Shown here in pieces: positions 1 to 13,208 of a DNA stretch of 63,877 nt. A model generated the notes under the pieces. That model made no database searches and had not been told where the DNA came from. It saw nothing but the letters and a program-made list of their open reading frames with translations. The DNA is taken from positions 28,042,519-28,106,395 of the forward strand of contig NC_068995.1 of the NCBI RefSeq assembly GCF_001194135.2. Reading direction: 5' to 3'. Position 1 is the first letter of the stretch; every line of letters starts with the position of its first letter. The translations under genes were made by a program, and so were the position numbers. This stretch comes from Octopus bimaculoides (lineage: Eukaryota).

Positions 1-258
1 ATCCTTATGCCTCCAGCATCGTAGTACAATTGATATTGTCGACGATAGATAAAGGATACACTGTAACAGTGTTATAACAATACAAAATAGAAGCATGTGA
101 TGAACCAATAATGTTTCCAACACATTAACTTGAACTGTAAACTGTACCTGGACTTTGAAGACCCAACTACAAACTGCCATCTACATTAAGCCACTACTGT
201 TTATATGTAGTGGTGCCTGTCTATTCCTGTCAGGAGGTGTCGTACTCTTACCACAACA
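1..258 (-). mobile_element. Probable 3' LTR of gypsy element 1 (runs off the window start)
   Basis: On the minus strand a purine tract (CAAAAGGGAGA, ~259-269) is followed immediately by TGTTGTGG at 258. This PPT/LTR junction lies downstream of pol. Confidence 0.5.
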
Positions 259-2110
259 TCTCCCTTTTGAGATTTTGAGTCCTGAAGGAATAAAGAAATT
301 TTATTATTATTTTTTAGTATCTCAAGGTGTTTGGTCTGGAATTTGAAATTAGGAATTTGAATTTTTACACAATATCCGCCTTTCCATACAGTATCAGCCT
401 GGAATTTGAATTTTTACACAATATTGGTGTGGAATTTGAAATTAGGAACTTGAATTTTTACACAATATCAGCCTTTTCACAGGATGATAGGTATTTTACT
501 GGTGGTACTTTGGCTGCTGAGCATACAACCTCTACCAGCTTTCATGTAACAGGTTGTACTGGGTTACATGTTACCAGTAGCATCCAAGAGTGACCTCACC
601 AATGCAACAGGTTGTACTGGGTTACATCTTAACAGTAGAACCCAAGAGCGACCTGACTGTATCTTTTCTCTGCCACTATCAGCGAGCACAAAACCTGAAT
701 TGTTGATTTTGTACTTCCATCTTTATACTTCTGTAGCAAAACTGCTCCTATTCCATACTCCGAAGCATCAGACGCTACAATAACATCCATTTCAGGATTG
801 AAGTGCACCAGAGACAAATCTGCGATTAGAATTTTTTCTTCAAATGCACTTTGGCATTTAACTGAACAATTCCACTTTACTTTCTTTTTTAATAAGTCGT
901 TCAATGGAGCTCTTAATTTGTGCATGTTAGGAATGTAGTTTTGGTAGTAGTTTGCCAGCCCAAGAAATGCTTGTAATGTTGGTATATTTGTCAGAGCAGG
1001 CATATTCTTTATTGTGTCTCCCTCAATGGGTTAGACCATCTACCAATTTAATCAATTATTTGCCCTAAGCACCTAATTTGAGGCACAAATAATTTGCATT
1101 TTTCTTCACTCAAAGTGAACCTGTACTTTTTAATTTTATTGAACACAGCTTTTATATGCTCTACATGCTGTTCATGCAAATTACTCTTAATCAATATATT
1201 GTCCGTCACGCCACACACACTTTTCGTTGTTTTATATAACCTTGGCTTCCCAATTTTTCTCCATGTATCCATATTTATGATTGAAATATCACTACTACTA
1301 TAGTTTAATATTTACACCATTTATTTCTATGTGTACGAATTTTCTTGTTTTTGTGTTGTTTTGTGTTTTTTGCTGAATATTCCTTAGAACTTTTTGCGTT
1401 TGATCCTCGTAATCTTGTCCTGCAGTGTAAGCTCTTGTGAACAAGTTTCTGACAACTATAGCGTTTTTGGTTTTTAAACAGACACTCTTTTCTGAAGTGT
1501 AGGCCTCCACATTCGTAATATGGATTAGAGCCTGGCACTCTTTTTTGGTTGCACTTTCCAGAGGTCAACACATCTGTATTTTTGCGGAATCTTTCTCTTG
1601 AAATTTTTCACATCATGCTTCAGGTTTATCATTGCTTGACATTCTTCTGAAATGGTCTGTATGGTTAAGTCTTGGTTTGCTTGCTCCATTTTTGAGAGAA
1701 TCTTTGCCCAAATTTCTCTATTTTCGGTTGCCAAGATAAGGGATTTAAACATATCCTGAGTGAGTTCCTGAAGTCTAAAGTTTTCACACATATGGTTGAC
1801 CACACCAGTATATGTAATAAAGTCATCGTCACTTTTGTTAAGTTCCAACATTCCATTGTTAAATAATGTGTTAAATAATGAACTTTTGTCACAAAAGATC
1901 TTTGAGAGTAATTCAATAGTTTCTTGGAAATAAATCTCACTCAACTTTTTGGACAATATAAAGTTACTGTAACATTCACGCTCGGCCAGAGCTACCTTGC
2001 GTAGTAATAGCCTCACTTTCTCCTCATCCGACCACAACTGCCAATCTTTGTTAAAAATTTCCTCATACCTTCTATAGCATGCAGGAAACATAATACCCTC
2101 CTCCGGCAAA
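259..2110 (-). mobile_element. Ty3/gypsy LTR retrotransposon 1 (Mag/K02A2.6-like), degenerate gag-pol
   Basis: Gag: PEEGIMFPACYRRYEEIF..DEEKVRLLLRK (2109-1525). Decayed zinc knuckle: YECGGLHFRKEC. RT end: HVEHIKAVF..KYRFTLSEEKCKLF..LGQIID (1272-1048). RT connection/RNase H: LQAFLGLANYY..VASDASEYGIGAVL..EKRYSQ (1003-629). Multiple stops and frameshifts. Confidence 0.9.
336..632. repeat. Short imperfect direct repeats
   Basis: TGGAATTTGAA(ATTAGGAA(T/C)TTGAA)TTTT(T)ACACAATAT occurs three times (~336, ~399, ~430). AACAGGTTGTACTGGGTTACAT occurs twice (~548, ~607). Confidence 0.8.
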
Positions 2111-2260
2111 TGTCATTAGGACGCCGGTAACTGCATGTAGTCAAGAGAGAGGATGACTGCTCTCCACCACCAGAATATATAAGTGTCAGCTGCGACGTCA
2201 CCTAGTGGCATTTACCAGCAAAGGGATGTAATTCAGCTATCCTGCTATGCTACTACGTCA
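2111..2260 (-). mobile_element. 3' LTR of gypsy element 2 (~150 bp, TG...CA)
   Basis: On the minus strand PPT TGGAGGGGGA (2261-2270) is followed by TGACGTAG and the segment ends ...TAATGACA at 2111, directly abutting gag of element 1. Confidence 0.6.
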
Positions 2261-4030
2261 TCCCCCTCCAAGACCATTGTCAGTAACTTTCAGAATTTGT
2301 TGTAGAGCAGAGAAAGGCAATGGCACAAAGGGTGAAGGAAAGGAAAAAAATGTTAAAACCTACTTTCTGTCATCACTGGGAAGAAAAATATCTGTCCCAA
2401 TGCATTGAGCAGAGAGAGTGGTCTCCGAGTGGCAGAAAGTTAAAACTGGCAGCCAAAAGTGCAAATCAAGGAAAGCAGGAATGCATAGATGTACCAGCAA
2501 AAGTTGCAATAAAAATTACAGGAGCTGAAAATGGAAAGTGCAAATATATGCAGAAGCACTGTGAAGGATAACACTGTTTGTAGGGTCTGATGCTAAAAAA
2601 AAACCTTGAGCTAAAAGCTGTACATCACAGACTAAGTGTGCAAAAAGAGGTGTTGGATCACAGCATTGGAAAACATGCTAGTGAATTAATGTGCATGCTA
2701 ATACAAGCACACAAGCATGAGGAAAATAGAAAATGTACCAAAAAGCAATTGAAAATGCAACAAGAAAGCATGCAAGCAATGTACAATATAAATTCAGTTC
2801 ATGTAGAAGTTGAAAATAAGATATGCAAGAGAATGTACAGAAAAAGGTGCAGTTCATTGCATAAGGAAAACAATAGTTCCAAAATAGTTCAAATTTCAAA
2901 ACGCAAATGACAGGTTGCTTAGCAAAAAGAAATATGCAATAAAAAAAAAGACATATACATCAGTACAAATGCACATAGAAACACAGTGAGGTGGAAATGC
3001 ACATCTGAATAAGAAAATCAAACAAATTTCATGCAACAGAAAATGCAGCAATTAAAAGTACACAAGAAGCAGGCACTAGGAATATAGTTCAAATGAAAAT
3101 AGTTTTGCATAATTTCTTAGGCCAATGAACTCGTCTTCCAAAAAGTGTGGTAGTGATGTATATCATTGAAGGGGTAGGTGACTACGATTTTGGAGGTGTT
3201 GGTGAAGGTGTGGTGTTTGTCGTTTGAAGAGGTGTGTAACGGAGGGGAATATTTAGCTCTGGAGTGAGGACTTCAGAAAAAGCACGCTTCACTCTATTGA
3301 CACTGTGTCTTTTTTTCCATGATTGTCTATGGTAAAAAGTCTGTATGTGCATGATTGTCTATGGTAAAAAGTCTGTATGTGCACAAGTACATGATAAGGT
3401 CTGTGTGACAGAACCTTTCACAGAGTCTTTATATAAAGAAATATCCAAAGGAACAGCAAAAGATACAGTTTGTTGCTGAGAAGACACTGGTGGGAGGTGA
3501 GAGAAATAAATCTGTAAACAATGTTTCTATTTTGTTGGGTTTTGGGTGGATAAATCCACAGGTGCCAACATCTGACCCGGCAGAGACAATGGAACATCAA
3601 AAAGTAACTCGGCTGGTGAATATCCCAAACCCTCTTTCACCGAAGAGAATAACAGGTAGGTACTCACTCCAACGATGAGGATCTGGGTGAGCATATAACG
3701 CAGCCTTTAATTGTCAGTGGAACCTTTCCCCTATACAATTAGATGCAGGATGATAACTGGTCATCCAGATATGTTTCACACCTAAAATCTGTGAAAGTTC
3801 TTCAAAGAGTTGTGATTCAAATTGTTTCCAATGGTCAGTGGTGATCGTTAATCGGACACCAAAACATGATATCCAACTTGAGACCAAAGCTTGGGCTACC
3901 TCAGGCCGACCGAAGTCTTGTGATTGAATTTGGTAGGCAGAAATTATCGTCATGTGTGTACATATGTAATTGCTTGTGCCTCCTAACAGAGCAGAGGGGG
4001 GGGGGACTATAATATTTATGGGAAAAATGT
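2261..4030 (-). mobile_element. Ty3/gypsy element 2: integrase remnant plus low-complexity 3' region
   Basis: Integrase core VAQALVSSWISCFGVRLTITTDHWKQFESQLFEELSQILGVKHIWMTSYHPASNCIGERFH, followed in pieces by QLKAAL, a GPY/F-like PYHVLV..TIDNHG..TVNRVKRA and a GRRVHWPKKL tail (~3110). A 32-bp tandem duplication lies at ~3319-3382. Confidence 0.85.
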
Positions 4031-4039
4031 AAACCATAA

Positions 4040-5500
4040 ATAAATGTATAAGATCCATTATTTGAGGGCTGTTGACCAAATCTGTGACTGGTGCAAAGTC
4101 CCAGCTAGGTCAAGGATAACTTGGTGGTGGAACAAAGAGCACTATAAAAGCAGAGAATTATATCAGGTAGCCAGAAGGGCAACTAGGCATCAGGTTTACA
4201 TAGCAAAAGGAATAGCAGAAGGTAAGAGATTCGCAAATGTTCTACAGCATAAGAATCAGAGGTATGAGGTGTTCAGGATTGCAAAGCAGTGTATCAAAGA
4301 GGATAGAGATGTGGTGGGTGAGAAATGTGTGCGAATGGATAATGGTATACTTACACTTTGTGACTCAGAGAAGAATGATGCATGGAGGTGCATTAAATGA
4401 AAGGTGGAGAATGTGGAGAATGACTGGGAGGAGAGTTTTTTAAACATGAAACCAGTTGAAGGGCTAGCCATCAGATTTGATAGCAGTATAATAGGTAAGG
4501 CAATTAAGGATATGAAGGTAGGGAAAGAGCCCGGGCCATTGGGTACCACTGCTGAGATGATTAGAATATCCAGTGGCATGGAATACAGCCTAGTCACTTG
4601 CATAGTTAGTCAGGTTATTCAGGTCAGCATCATTCCCCAGTGACTGGTGTAGTAGTATTATAGTTAGCTGCTACAAGGGTAAAGGTGATGCCTTAGATCA
4701 GTGTTTCTCAACTTCTTTACCCTTGTGTAACCCTTAAGATAAATTACATGTCTCAAGGAACCGCTGCACACAAAAAAAAAATTGTATACCATATAACATA
4801 ATAAGTTAGATAGGATGATGTCTATATTACAATAACCAATAATATGTTGTACATATATAGTAATATTACAATCATGAAATTAGCATTAGCTTATCTCACT
4901 CTTTCTCACAGAACCTTTTGTGGAACCCTGGTTGAGAAACACTGCCTTAGATAGAAACAACTACAGAAGTATCAAACAGCTGGGCCAGGTCATGAAAGTT
5001 ATAAAGAGAGTTATAGCTCAATTGATTAGGAATAGAATTAAACTAGATGAGATGCAGTTTGGTTTTGTTCCTGGAAAGAATACCATAGATGCCATCTTCC
5101 TAGTAAGACAGTTGCAAGAAAAGTATTTGGCCAAAAGTAAACCATTGTACTTAGCTTTTGTCAAACTGGAGAAAGTTTTCGACAGAGTTCCCTGCTGTTA
5201 TCTGTGGTCTCTAAGGAAGCTAAGAGTAGAGGAGTAGCTTGTTAAAGCCATACAAGCTATGTACAGTGGTGCTGTCAGTAAGGTGAGAGTTGGCTATGAA
5301 TACAGTGATGAATTTAGCATACAAGTAGGGGTTCACCAGGGATCAGTTCTTAGTCCGCTTCTTATTCATCATAGTTCTCCAGACCGTAACAGAGGAATTC
5401 AAAACTGGATGCCCATGGGAATGCTATATGCTGACGATTTTTATTTTCTCCCTTTGATCTTCCTAGCTTCATTGGTGGATAACCCAAATGTCTCAGTTCT
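4040..5500 (+). mobile_element. RTE-clade LINE fragment (linker plus RT), degenerate
   Basis: DQICDWCKV..TWWWN; NYRSIKQLGQVMKVIKRVIAQLIR..DEMQFGFVPGKNTIDAIFLVRQLQEKY; VGVHQGSVLSPLL; LYADD. Confidence 0.92.
4699..4944. mobile_element. hAT (Charlie/Buster-type) MITE, 246 bp, inserted in the RTE copy
   Basis: TIRs CAGTGTTTCTCAAC / GTTGAGAAACACTG. Perfect 8-bp TSD CCTTAGAT at 4691-4698 and 4945-4952 with a central TA. Confidence 0.92.
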
Positions 5501-6099
5501 GCTGGGAATATTCATGAATATGTATTTTCATTAACACTTTTTAAAGCTTACCAATCGACTCACCGTACTTTCTTTTCATTCTGACAGATGCTATGCCTAT
5601 TATTCATCACTGAAGATTATCAAATTCATGTTTGTGTAAATAGATTTTTAAATTCTCTGCTAGATCAGTTCTTGTGTTTGTGAGCTTATTTAAGCAACAC
5701 GTGAACATCTCAAACTCTATTCCTTTTGCCCACCCCACCTCCACCCGCATCAAAATTGTACATGTACATGCATACATGTCTGAATGTGAAGTATATATAT
5801 GTATGTATGTGTGTGGGTATACGAAAATGAATATAAATGATACTTATAGTTTTATGTTAGGCACCTACATCATTTTACATATATGAGAAAGAGTGTTATA
5901 ATGTGCATACTTACACTCAATATCACCAGAAGCTGCTTAGTGACTAAAGGGCTGCCCTCCTCTCACCTTCCTTGATTGCTGGTGCTTGTTCCTGAAGGTT
6001 TTGTGTGATTAGAGAGAGAGAAAGACTGTAAATATTGAGTAGTATTTACCAATACATATTTTCACTGACATGTGTAAAGACACACTGCCTCAGACAGGC

Positions 6100-6910
6100 G
6101 CCTTCAAAAGTCCTCTTCACAGATACTGAACACAATCACTCAAGTGTTCTCTCACTTTTCTCAAGTCTATAAACTTAGAGCTGCTACAATCAATGAAAGG
6201 TAAGTCTGGTGATATTGTTGAATTAGCTGAGTAGAGAAATGTGGATGTGTGCTGCATACAAGAGGCACTCAGCTCATGGGCAAGGAACATAGATATAAAT
6301 TCTGAGTAGGGAGTAGTGACAGGGTAGGTGGGATAGGTATACTTTTGGCAGAGAAATGGATGAATAAAGGTATCAAGGTAGTCAGGGTGATAAGATTATC
6401 AAGCTAAGAATAGCATTGTATAATGTAAGTGACATTTATCTCTGCATATGCTCCACATGCTAGACTAGCAAATGAACAGATGAACTGTTTCTATGAGTCT
6501 CTTTTGCACACTACCTAGATGACAAAAGACAATGACCTTATTATCATGGATTTTATTGTGTGCATGAAAGTTATGGAGGGAACAAGGCTGTTGGAGTTCT
6601 GTGATGCAAATGGTTTGTTCGTCTGTAACACTCACTTCAGGAAACCAGTCAGCCACCTAATCCCTTATCAATCGGGTTGGCACACAAGCCAGATTGACTA
6701 CATTCTTACCAGAAACAAGGATAGCTTGTAAATGCAAATCCTATACATATGTACATCTCAATATAAGTTAATGGTTAGTGACTTCAAACTTAGAAAAGCA
6801 AGATATAGAAACTTAAGGATCCATCAAATACTCAGAGATCTAGGGTGACACGGTGGTTATATCAGTGATGTACACAGGGCCATAAAAGTGAAGAGACAGG
6901 CTTGGAAAAA
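6100..6910 (+). mobile_element. RTE LINE 5' region / AP-endonuclease fragment
   Basis: EGTRLLEFCDANGLFVCNTHFRKPVSHLIPYQSGWHTSQIDYIL, preceded by decayed TMKGKSG..VCCIQE motifs. Confidence 0.85.
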
Positions 6911-6984
6911 CTAGAAAAGGACCAGCTATTCTATCAGACTGAGTAAAAAGTAAGCAATGTTTTGAAACACAAAGTTCATCATAA

Positions 6985-8210
6985 TATTATATTTCAACAA
7001 TGCAGTAATTTTATTCATCAAAGTAAGTACCATTACAATCAACACATTTTTGCCAACTAGTTACAAGTTTGTTTAATCCGGTAACATAAAAATCTGGAGT
7101 TCTGGAGCTGATGAACTCTTTGAATGCACTTGCAGCATTGGTTTGATTTTCGAACTCCTTCTCTTGTAGGAAACCATCAAGGTGCTTGAAAAAGTGGTAG
7201 TCGGTAGGAGGAAGGTCAGGGGAATAAGTTGGGTGGGGAAGAACTATGTAGCCAAGTTCCTTGAACTTCTGGAGTGTCGTTAGTGAAACATATGGTCCAG
7301 CAATGTCCTGAAGAATGATTGGCTCTCTTTTGTTGACCAGTCTGGAACGGAAGAGTAGCAGTATTTCGTTAATTTTGGTTATTTCATAGCAATGTTTCTG
7401 CAGGAGTGGATTTTCTGGGTTTTATGAAGTTTTAGTGGATGAGTCCAGCAGTACACCACCAAACAGTCACCATAACCTTCTTTGTGAAGAACTTGGGTTT
7501 AGGGAAGGTTTTTGGTGCTTCATTTTGGTTCAACCACTGCAAAGAACATTTTTTATTATTGTACAGAATCTACTTTTCATCGCAAGTTACAATACAGTCG
7601 AGAAATGGATCAGTCTGGTTATGGAGAAGTGACGAGCAAATTTCATATCTGTGCATTTTCTGATTTTCATTCAAATTGTGTAGTACCCATTTATCGAGCT
7701 ATTTTGATTTTCTGATCGCATGCAAATGGTTGCAGGCATTTTTCTGGCTAACTTGAAGTTCTTTTGCCAGTTCTCAAGTAGTTTTACGTGGATATTTCTT
7801 AATGATGGTCTTTAATCGACTGTCATCGATGACAGATGGGCGTCCACTATGCTCACAATCTTCAAGGCTCAAGTCTCCAATGTGAAATCATTTAAACCAT
7901 TTTCGAGCTGACTACTCACTGGTCATTTCCTCACCAAACATTTCATTGATATTGCAAGCAGTCTCAGCTGCTTTACATTCTTTCTTGAAGTTGAATAGCA
8001 AAATTGCTCGAATATCGGGTTTTGACAGTTCCATTTACAACGGTGAAAAAAATATCAATGTTAATTTATAGATACATTTGGTCAAGTCTATGTCTGTATT
8101 ATAAAACAACTTTAAAAAAATTTCTTTTTAAATTCAAAACTCTGCAAAAATCTAGTACAAATTCTTCATGATTCAAAATGTTGCATATTTTTCACTCAAC
8201 TTGATAGTTG
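6985..8210 (-). mobile_element. Mariner (DD34D) transposon, degenerate
   Basis: The minus strand encodes GYIVLPHPTYSPDLPPTDYHFFKHLDGFL (~7170-7260, YSPDL motif) and upstream HTH-region remnants. Boundaries are approximate. Confidence 0.8.
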
Positions 8211-8235
8211 ACAGCAACAGGATAGATAAAACAAG

Positions 8236-8648
8236 GAGTGGCTGTGTGGTAAGTAGCTTGCTTACCAACCACATGGTCCCGGGTTCAGTCCCACTGCGTG
8301 GCATCTTGGGCAAGTGTCTTCTACTATAGCCTCAGGCCGACCAAAGCCTTGTGAGTGGATTTGGTAGACGGAAACTGAAAGAAGCCCGTCATATATATGT
8401 ATATATATATGTATGTGTGTATGTATGTGTTTGTGTGTCTGTGTTTGTCCCCCCAACATCGCTTGACAACCGATGCTGGTGTGTTTATGTCCCCGTAACT
8501 TAGCGGTTCGGCAAAAAGAGACCGATAGAATAAGTACTAGGCTTCTAAAGAATAAGTCCTGGGGTCGATTTGCTCGACTAAAAAGGCGGTGCTCCAGCAT
8601 GGCCACAGTCAAAAGACTGAAACAAGTAAAAGAGTAAAAGAGTAAAAG
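8236..8648 (+). mobile_element. tRNA-head SINE (octopus type) with internal (TA/TG) microsatellite and (GTAAAAGA)n tail
   Basis: A-box-like GGCTGTGTGGTAAG and B-box-like GGTTCAGTCCC. The body recurs at 25550-25735 (-), 45890-46270 (+) and 63140-63300 (-). Confidence 0.85.
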
Positions 8649-8659
8649 AGATAGGGAAA

Positions 8660-9215
8660 GCCCCTGGTCCATTAGGAATTACTGTTCAGATGCTTAAAAT
8701 ATCTGGCAGAATAGGATATGGTCTAGTCATCTATATAATTAATCCAGTTATTCATGAAGATGTCATCCCAAATGGCTAGTGTAGTCATCTACTATAAGAG
8801 TATAGAAAGGTAAAAAGAGATGCCTTAGATAGAAGTAATTACAGAAGTATCGAATTGTTGGATGACGTAGTGAAAGTTACAGAGAGAGTTATAGCCCAAT
8901 TAATCAGAAAAAGAATTAGACAAGAGGAAATGCAGTTTGTGTTTGTGCTATGGAGAAGTACTGCTGATGCTATTCTTCACAGTCAAGCAACTTCAGGGGA
9001 AGTATTTAGCTAAGGATAAACTATTGTCCTTGACATTTGTTGACCTGGGGAAAGCCATTGACAGAGTATCTTGCTTTGTGATGTAGTAGTCTCTGAAGAA
9101 GCTAGTTACAGATGAATGGCATAGGAAAGCTGTATAAGCCACGTACAGTGTTGCTGTCAGTAAGGTAAAACTTAACAACCATAAGTACAATGATGAATTT
9201 AGTGTACAGGTAGAT
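8660..9215 (+). mobile_element. RTE LINE RT fragment (resumes at ~10342-10500 after the Tc1 insertion)
   Basis: Decayed NYRSIELL..VTERVIAQLIR..EMQF..QGKYLAKDK motifs. After 10342: PWEQLYADDL..GLKVNLVKTKVL. Confidence 0.8.
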
Positions 9216-9229
9216 ATTGTTTTCTATTT

Positions 9230-10339
9230 CAGGGTGGAGCAAAAGTTTGAGTCATATGCCACTCAAGAAGCCAAGGGACAATGCATTGCAAATTTGTTTT
9301 GTGCCGGGTTTGCAATTAAATGTATTGCTGAGACACTTGGGGCCTCTGTGAGCACTGTCTACAATGTTAAGAACCAAATATTAGATATGGGAAGCATCAA
9401 GGGAAAGCAAGGAAGTGCAGGCATAAATAAAAAATGGGATAATGCCTTTTTTAAATCTCTCAAAGTCAAAATTTCAAAAGACCCAACAACATCCAAGAGA
9501 AAACTGCCCATGGACATGAAAGTTGATCCAAAGACCATCAGAACTACTGTACACACTGATTTACAGTTTGGGTCATACATGAAAACTCAGACAGCTATTG
9601 ACTCATGCAACAAAAGCCAGAATGTATGAAAGAGCCAAAAAAGTGTCGCGATACCTGAAGGCAAACAGTCAAAATCTTTTCAGATGAAAAAATCTTTACT
9701 GTCGATGCTGTTTTAAGCCATCACAATGATCGACACATTGCTAAGTCACCTTCTAAAGCAAAGGGCATCTTTAGGACCAAACACTCAGCTCAAGTCATAG
9801 GTCTTGGAGTCGTGGCATCTGATGGAAAAAAGATACCTCTCCATTTTTACAAGTGTGGGGAAAAGGTGGGGGCTGAAGTTTATCATAAAGTCCTGCAATG
9901 GTACTTATGTGTGGACCCAAGATATTGCTTTTGTTCATATGGTGAAGAAAGTACAGAAATTCTGCAAAGACAACTTCTCTCACTTTTGGCCTGCCAACTT
10001 CTGGCTTTCTTCCAGCCCAGACTTGAACCTCCTGGACTATGCTGTATGGGGAAAACTGGAGCACTCTACCAACAGAACTTCACATCCAAGTGTTGATCAT
10101 CATAAGCAAGTCCTGAGGGAAGAGTGGGATAACATGTCTGAGTACTTCACCATGAAGAGTTGTGATGCCTTCAGGTGGCGTGTGAAGGCTGTGGTGGGCA
10201 ATGAAGGGGGACATATTGAATAAATTGTCTCTTTTTACGCCTATATGCTTGTGTTAAAATTATATTTTTTGCTGGTTGTTGTAAAATGAACAATTTGGAG
10301 AATTATCTATTATTTTCAAAGATTTGGTTCCCCACCATG
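9230..10339 (+). mobile_element. Tc1/mariner transposon (DD37D/maT-like), degenerate
   Basis: HTH IAETLGASVSTVYNVK; VASDGKK; WLSSSPDLNLLDYAVWGKLE. Imperfect termini CAGGGTGG / CCACCATG-TA. Confidence 0.85.
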
Positions 10340-10499
10340 TATTTGAGACAAGCTGTCCATGGGAACAACTATATGCTGATGATCTCACTCTCATAGAGAA
10401 ATCCATAACAGAGTTAGAAAAGAATTTGCAGGTGTGGAAGAAAAACCTGGAATCAAAGGGCCTTAAAGTTTAACTTAGTAAAGACCAAAGTTCTAGTAA

Positions 10500-10730
10500 G
10501 CAAGACAATATACAAGACTACAAACTTCAGGCCAATGGCATTGCTCAATATTTAGGAGAAGACATGGTGCTGCAGACCAACAAATCATATGCATCACAGA
10601 ACTCCAGCAGCCTTGTTCCCTCCTCATTTCTAATACCAAAACTGTAACCTCCATGTATGCCATAAAATCCATTGGAGTGCTGCCCAACAAGACTGTTGAA
10701 GTGACCAGCCATGATGATAATATCATTATC
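10500..10730 (-). mobile_element. RTE AP-endonuclease fragment
   Basis: The minus strand reads G.F..HVG..SNGFYGIHGG..FG.RNEEG..LLEFCDAY; homologous to the 19600-19800 region. Confidence 0.7.
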
Positions 10731-10879
10731 TTTCTACTTTAAGGTAGTCTGTAGAGATGGATAATAATATTCTTGTACTAAGTGACTCTGAAAAAAAAAA
10801 AGAGATGTGAAAGTGCTACTACGAAAGGTTATTAAATGTGGATAATGCATGGTAGGAAAAGAAATCTTCCTGATGTGAA

Positions 10880-12800
10880 CCCAAAAGAGAGACCAGCTAC
10901 TCTAATTGATAGCTATATGACAGATAAGGCAATTAAGGATATGAAGACAGGGAAAACCCCTGGTCCATTGGGAATTATCACTCAAATACTTAGAATATTT
11001 TGCAGATAGGATCCAGTCTAGTCATCTGTATAATTAATCAGATTATTCAGAAAGGTGTCATCCCTAATGACTGGTGTAGCAGCATTATAGCTTAGATAAT
11101 AGATAAAAGTATTACAGAGATATCACATTATTGGACCAGAACATGAAAGTTATAGAGCGGGTTATTGCCCAACTAATTAGAAACAGAATTAGACAAGCCA
11201 TTGTCCAGGTGTATTGTCAGTAAGGTGAGAGTTAGCCATGAGTACTGTGGTGAATTTAGTGTACAGGTAGGTGTACACTAGGGCTTGTTCTTAGTTCCCT
11301 CCAATTCATTATTCTTCAGGGCAGAACAAAAAATTTCAAGACTAGCTGCTCCTTGATAAACTTGTTTTCATAGTGGAATCTGTAACAGAATTAGAAAACA
11401 AATTCCTAGTGTGGAAGTGAATCCTAGAATCAAAGGGCCTTAAAATTAACTTATCAAAGACCAAAATTCTAGTAAGCATGAAAACTAGTAGGATTCTACT
11501 TCCTTCAAGTAAATAGCCCTGTTAAATATGTAGGAAAGGTGTAGGCAGGAATCCCATACGGTATACTTAGTGAAAGCTATAGAGATACAAGAGAAGCAGT
11601 GGAATCACAGAGAAAGTAGTGCTCATGTGCAGAAAATGCACAGGAGCCATAAAGACTATAGATATATAGAAAATTGATTTTCTTGAATGCCATGGAGACT
11701 CTCTCTAGAGATAGTTGATAATTTCTGTTACCTAGGTGACCTAATTAGCTGTGGAGGAGGATATTCCAGAAGGAGGATATTCCAGAAGGAGGATATTCCA
11801 GAAGGAGGATATTCTAGCTACTACAGTAGCTAGAATAAGAATAGGATGGAGAAAATCAGAGAGCTTTTACTTTTGTTGACAACAAAGGGTTTCCCTCTCT
11901 AAATGAAAGAAATATCGTATGATATTGTGTATGAACTGCATTGCTACATGGTAGTGAGACATGGGTCCTAAATGCAGAGGACATGTAAAGACAATAGATG
12001 AATGAAACTAGTATGCTCTGTTGGATGAGCAGTGTCAGTGTGTATGTATGACAAAGTGCCAGTGTATTGAGAGAAAAGTTATACATAAGAGAAATCAGAT
12101 GTAGTGTGGAAGAGAAAAGACTACGAAGATTGGTCATGTGATGTGTATCAATGAAGACAGTTGAATAATGAAGTGCTGAATGCTTAAAGTGGAAGTTGTG
12201 GAAAAGGGAGACCCAAGAAGACAAAGGACAAAGTCACCTTAAGAAGATGATGATAAAGAACCAAGATGGTTGTTGTTTTGCTGTACTTGAGAAGACCCAT
12301 CCACCAAAGTGGAAATGATATCCTAATAGTGCCTTAGTAATGTTTTATGTGTAGGGCTCTGTCCCACCTCCACTCTCTCAGCCCTATCAAGCATTTCTCC
12401 CACATTTTATCCTCTCACATTCATCACTTCTCTATCTATGAGATTCAACTACTGCAATCACCTGAGGGCAGAATATGTACATACTACATCTCCTCTCTTT
12501 CCTCCCTGCTCCTAAAACCTCTTCCTTTTCTCATTACCTTTCCACCAATCAGCTCCTTTCTGTGCCTTCAGCCAGTGTTCTCTCCCTGCTGCAATATTTC
12601 ACCTTTAACAACTCTCTTATCTGCAGTGACTCTCAATTCACTCACATATTTATCATAGCATCTCTGAGCCACTCCTTTTCACTTACTACAGTCACCTCTA
12701 CCCCATCTCTAATGATCTCTCCTCACACTCTTAGGGAACTTCCCTCTGTCCCTACTCATCCTATCTACTCCTTTGTACCATTTCACTTACTACCCATCTA
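10880..12800 (+). mobile_element. RTE LINE (second subfamily, long 3' UTR), heavily decayed; includes a 16-bp tandem repeat GGAGGATATTCCAGAA x3.7 at 11756-11814
   Basis: Remnants of KGVIPNDWCSSII, GLKINLSKTK, CYLGDLISCGGG and LLHGSETW. The 3' region 12300-12800 is homologous to the reverse complement of 32600-33150. Confidence 0.75.
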
Positions 12801-13208
12801 TGATGGAGGCATAAAATGAGGGAGGGAAGTCATAACAGCAGTATATATTGAGAAATGTGTAAATGGACTTGAAAGATTACTGGGTGATGTCTTAGAGAAA
12901 TCACATTATTGTTGGTGATACAGCATTCTATTGCAGCTATATGGCATGTGTTGGCGACTAAGTGACATGTGATGATGATTCACTCCTAAACTGAAATAGG
13001 TTCCCAGCCTCTGCATCATGGATGGTTATGTGGACAACTTCTAATGAAAACCAGAGCTTTCTTCGATCACTATATTAAGAAAAAATGTTATTTAGATATC
13101 CTTTTATTTTAGTTGTTTACACTATTTTACGCTTGCTTATACATTCAAAGTTCACAAATTTCCTTATTTAAATTAGGAAACATATTCCTTTTGATAATGT
13201 CAATATGA

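Noticed and set aside
8236-8310. tRNA-like A/B boxes here and at other SINE heads
   Set aside because: There is no full cloverleaf and the heads continue into SINE bodies, so they are not tRNA genes.
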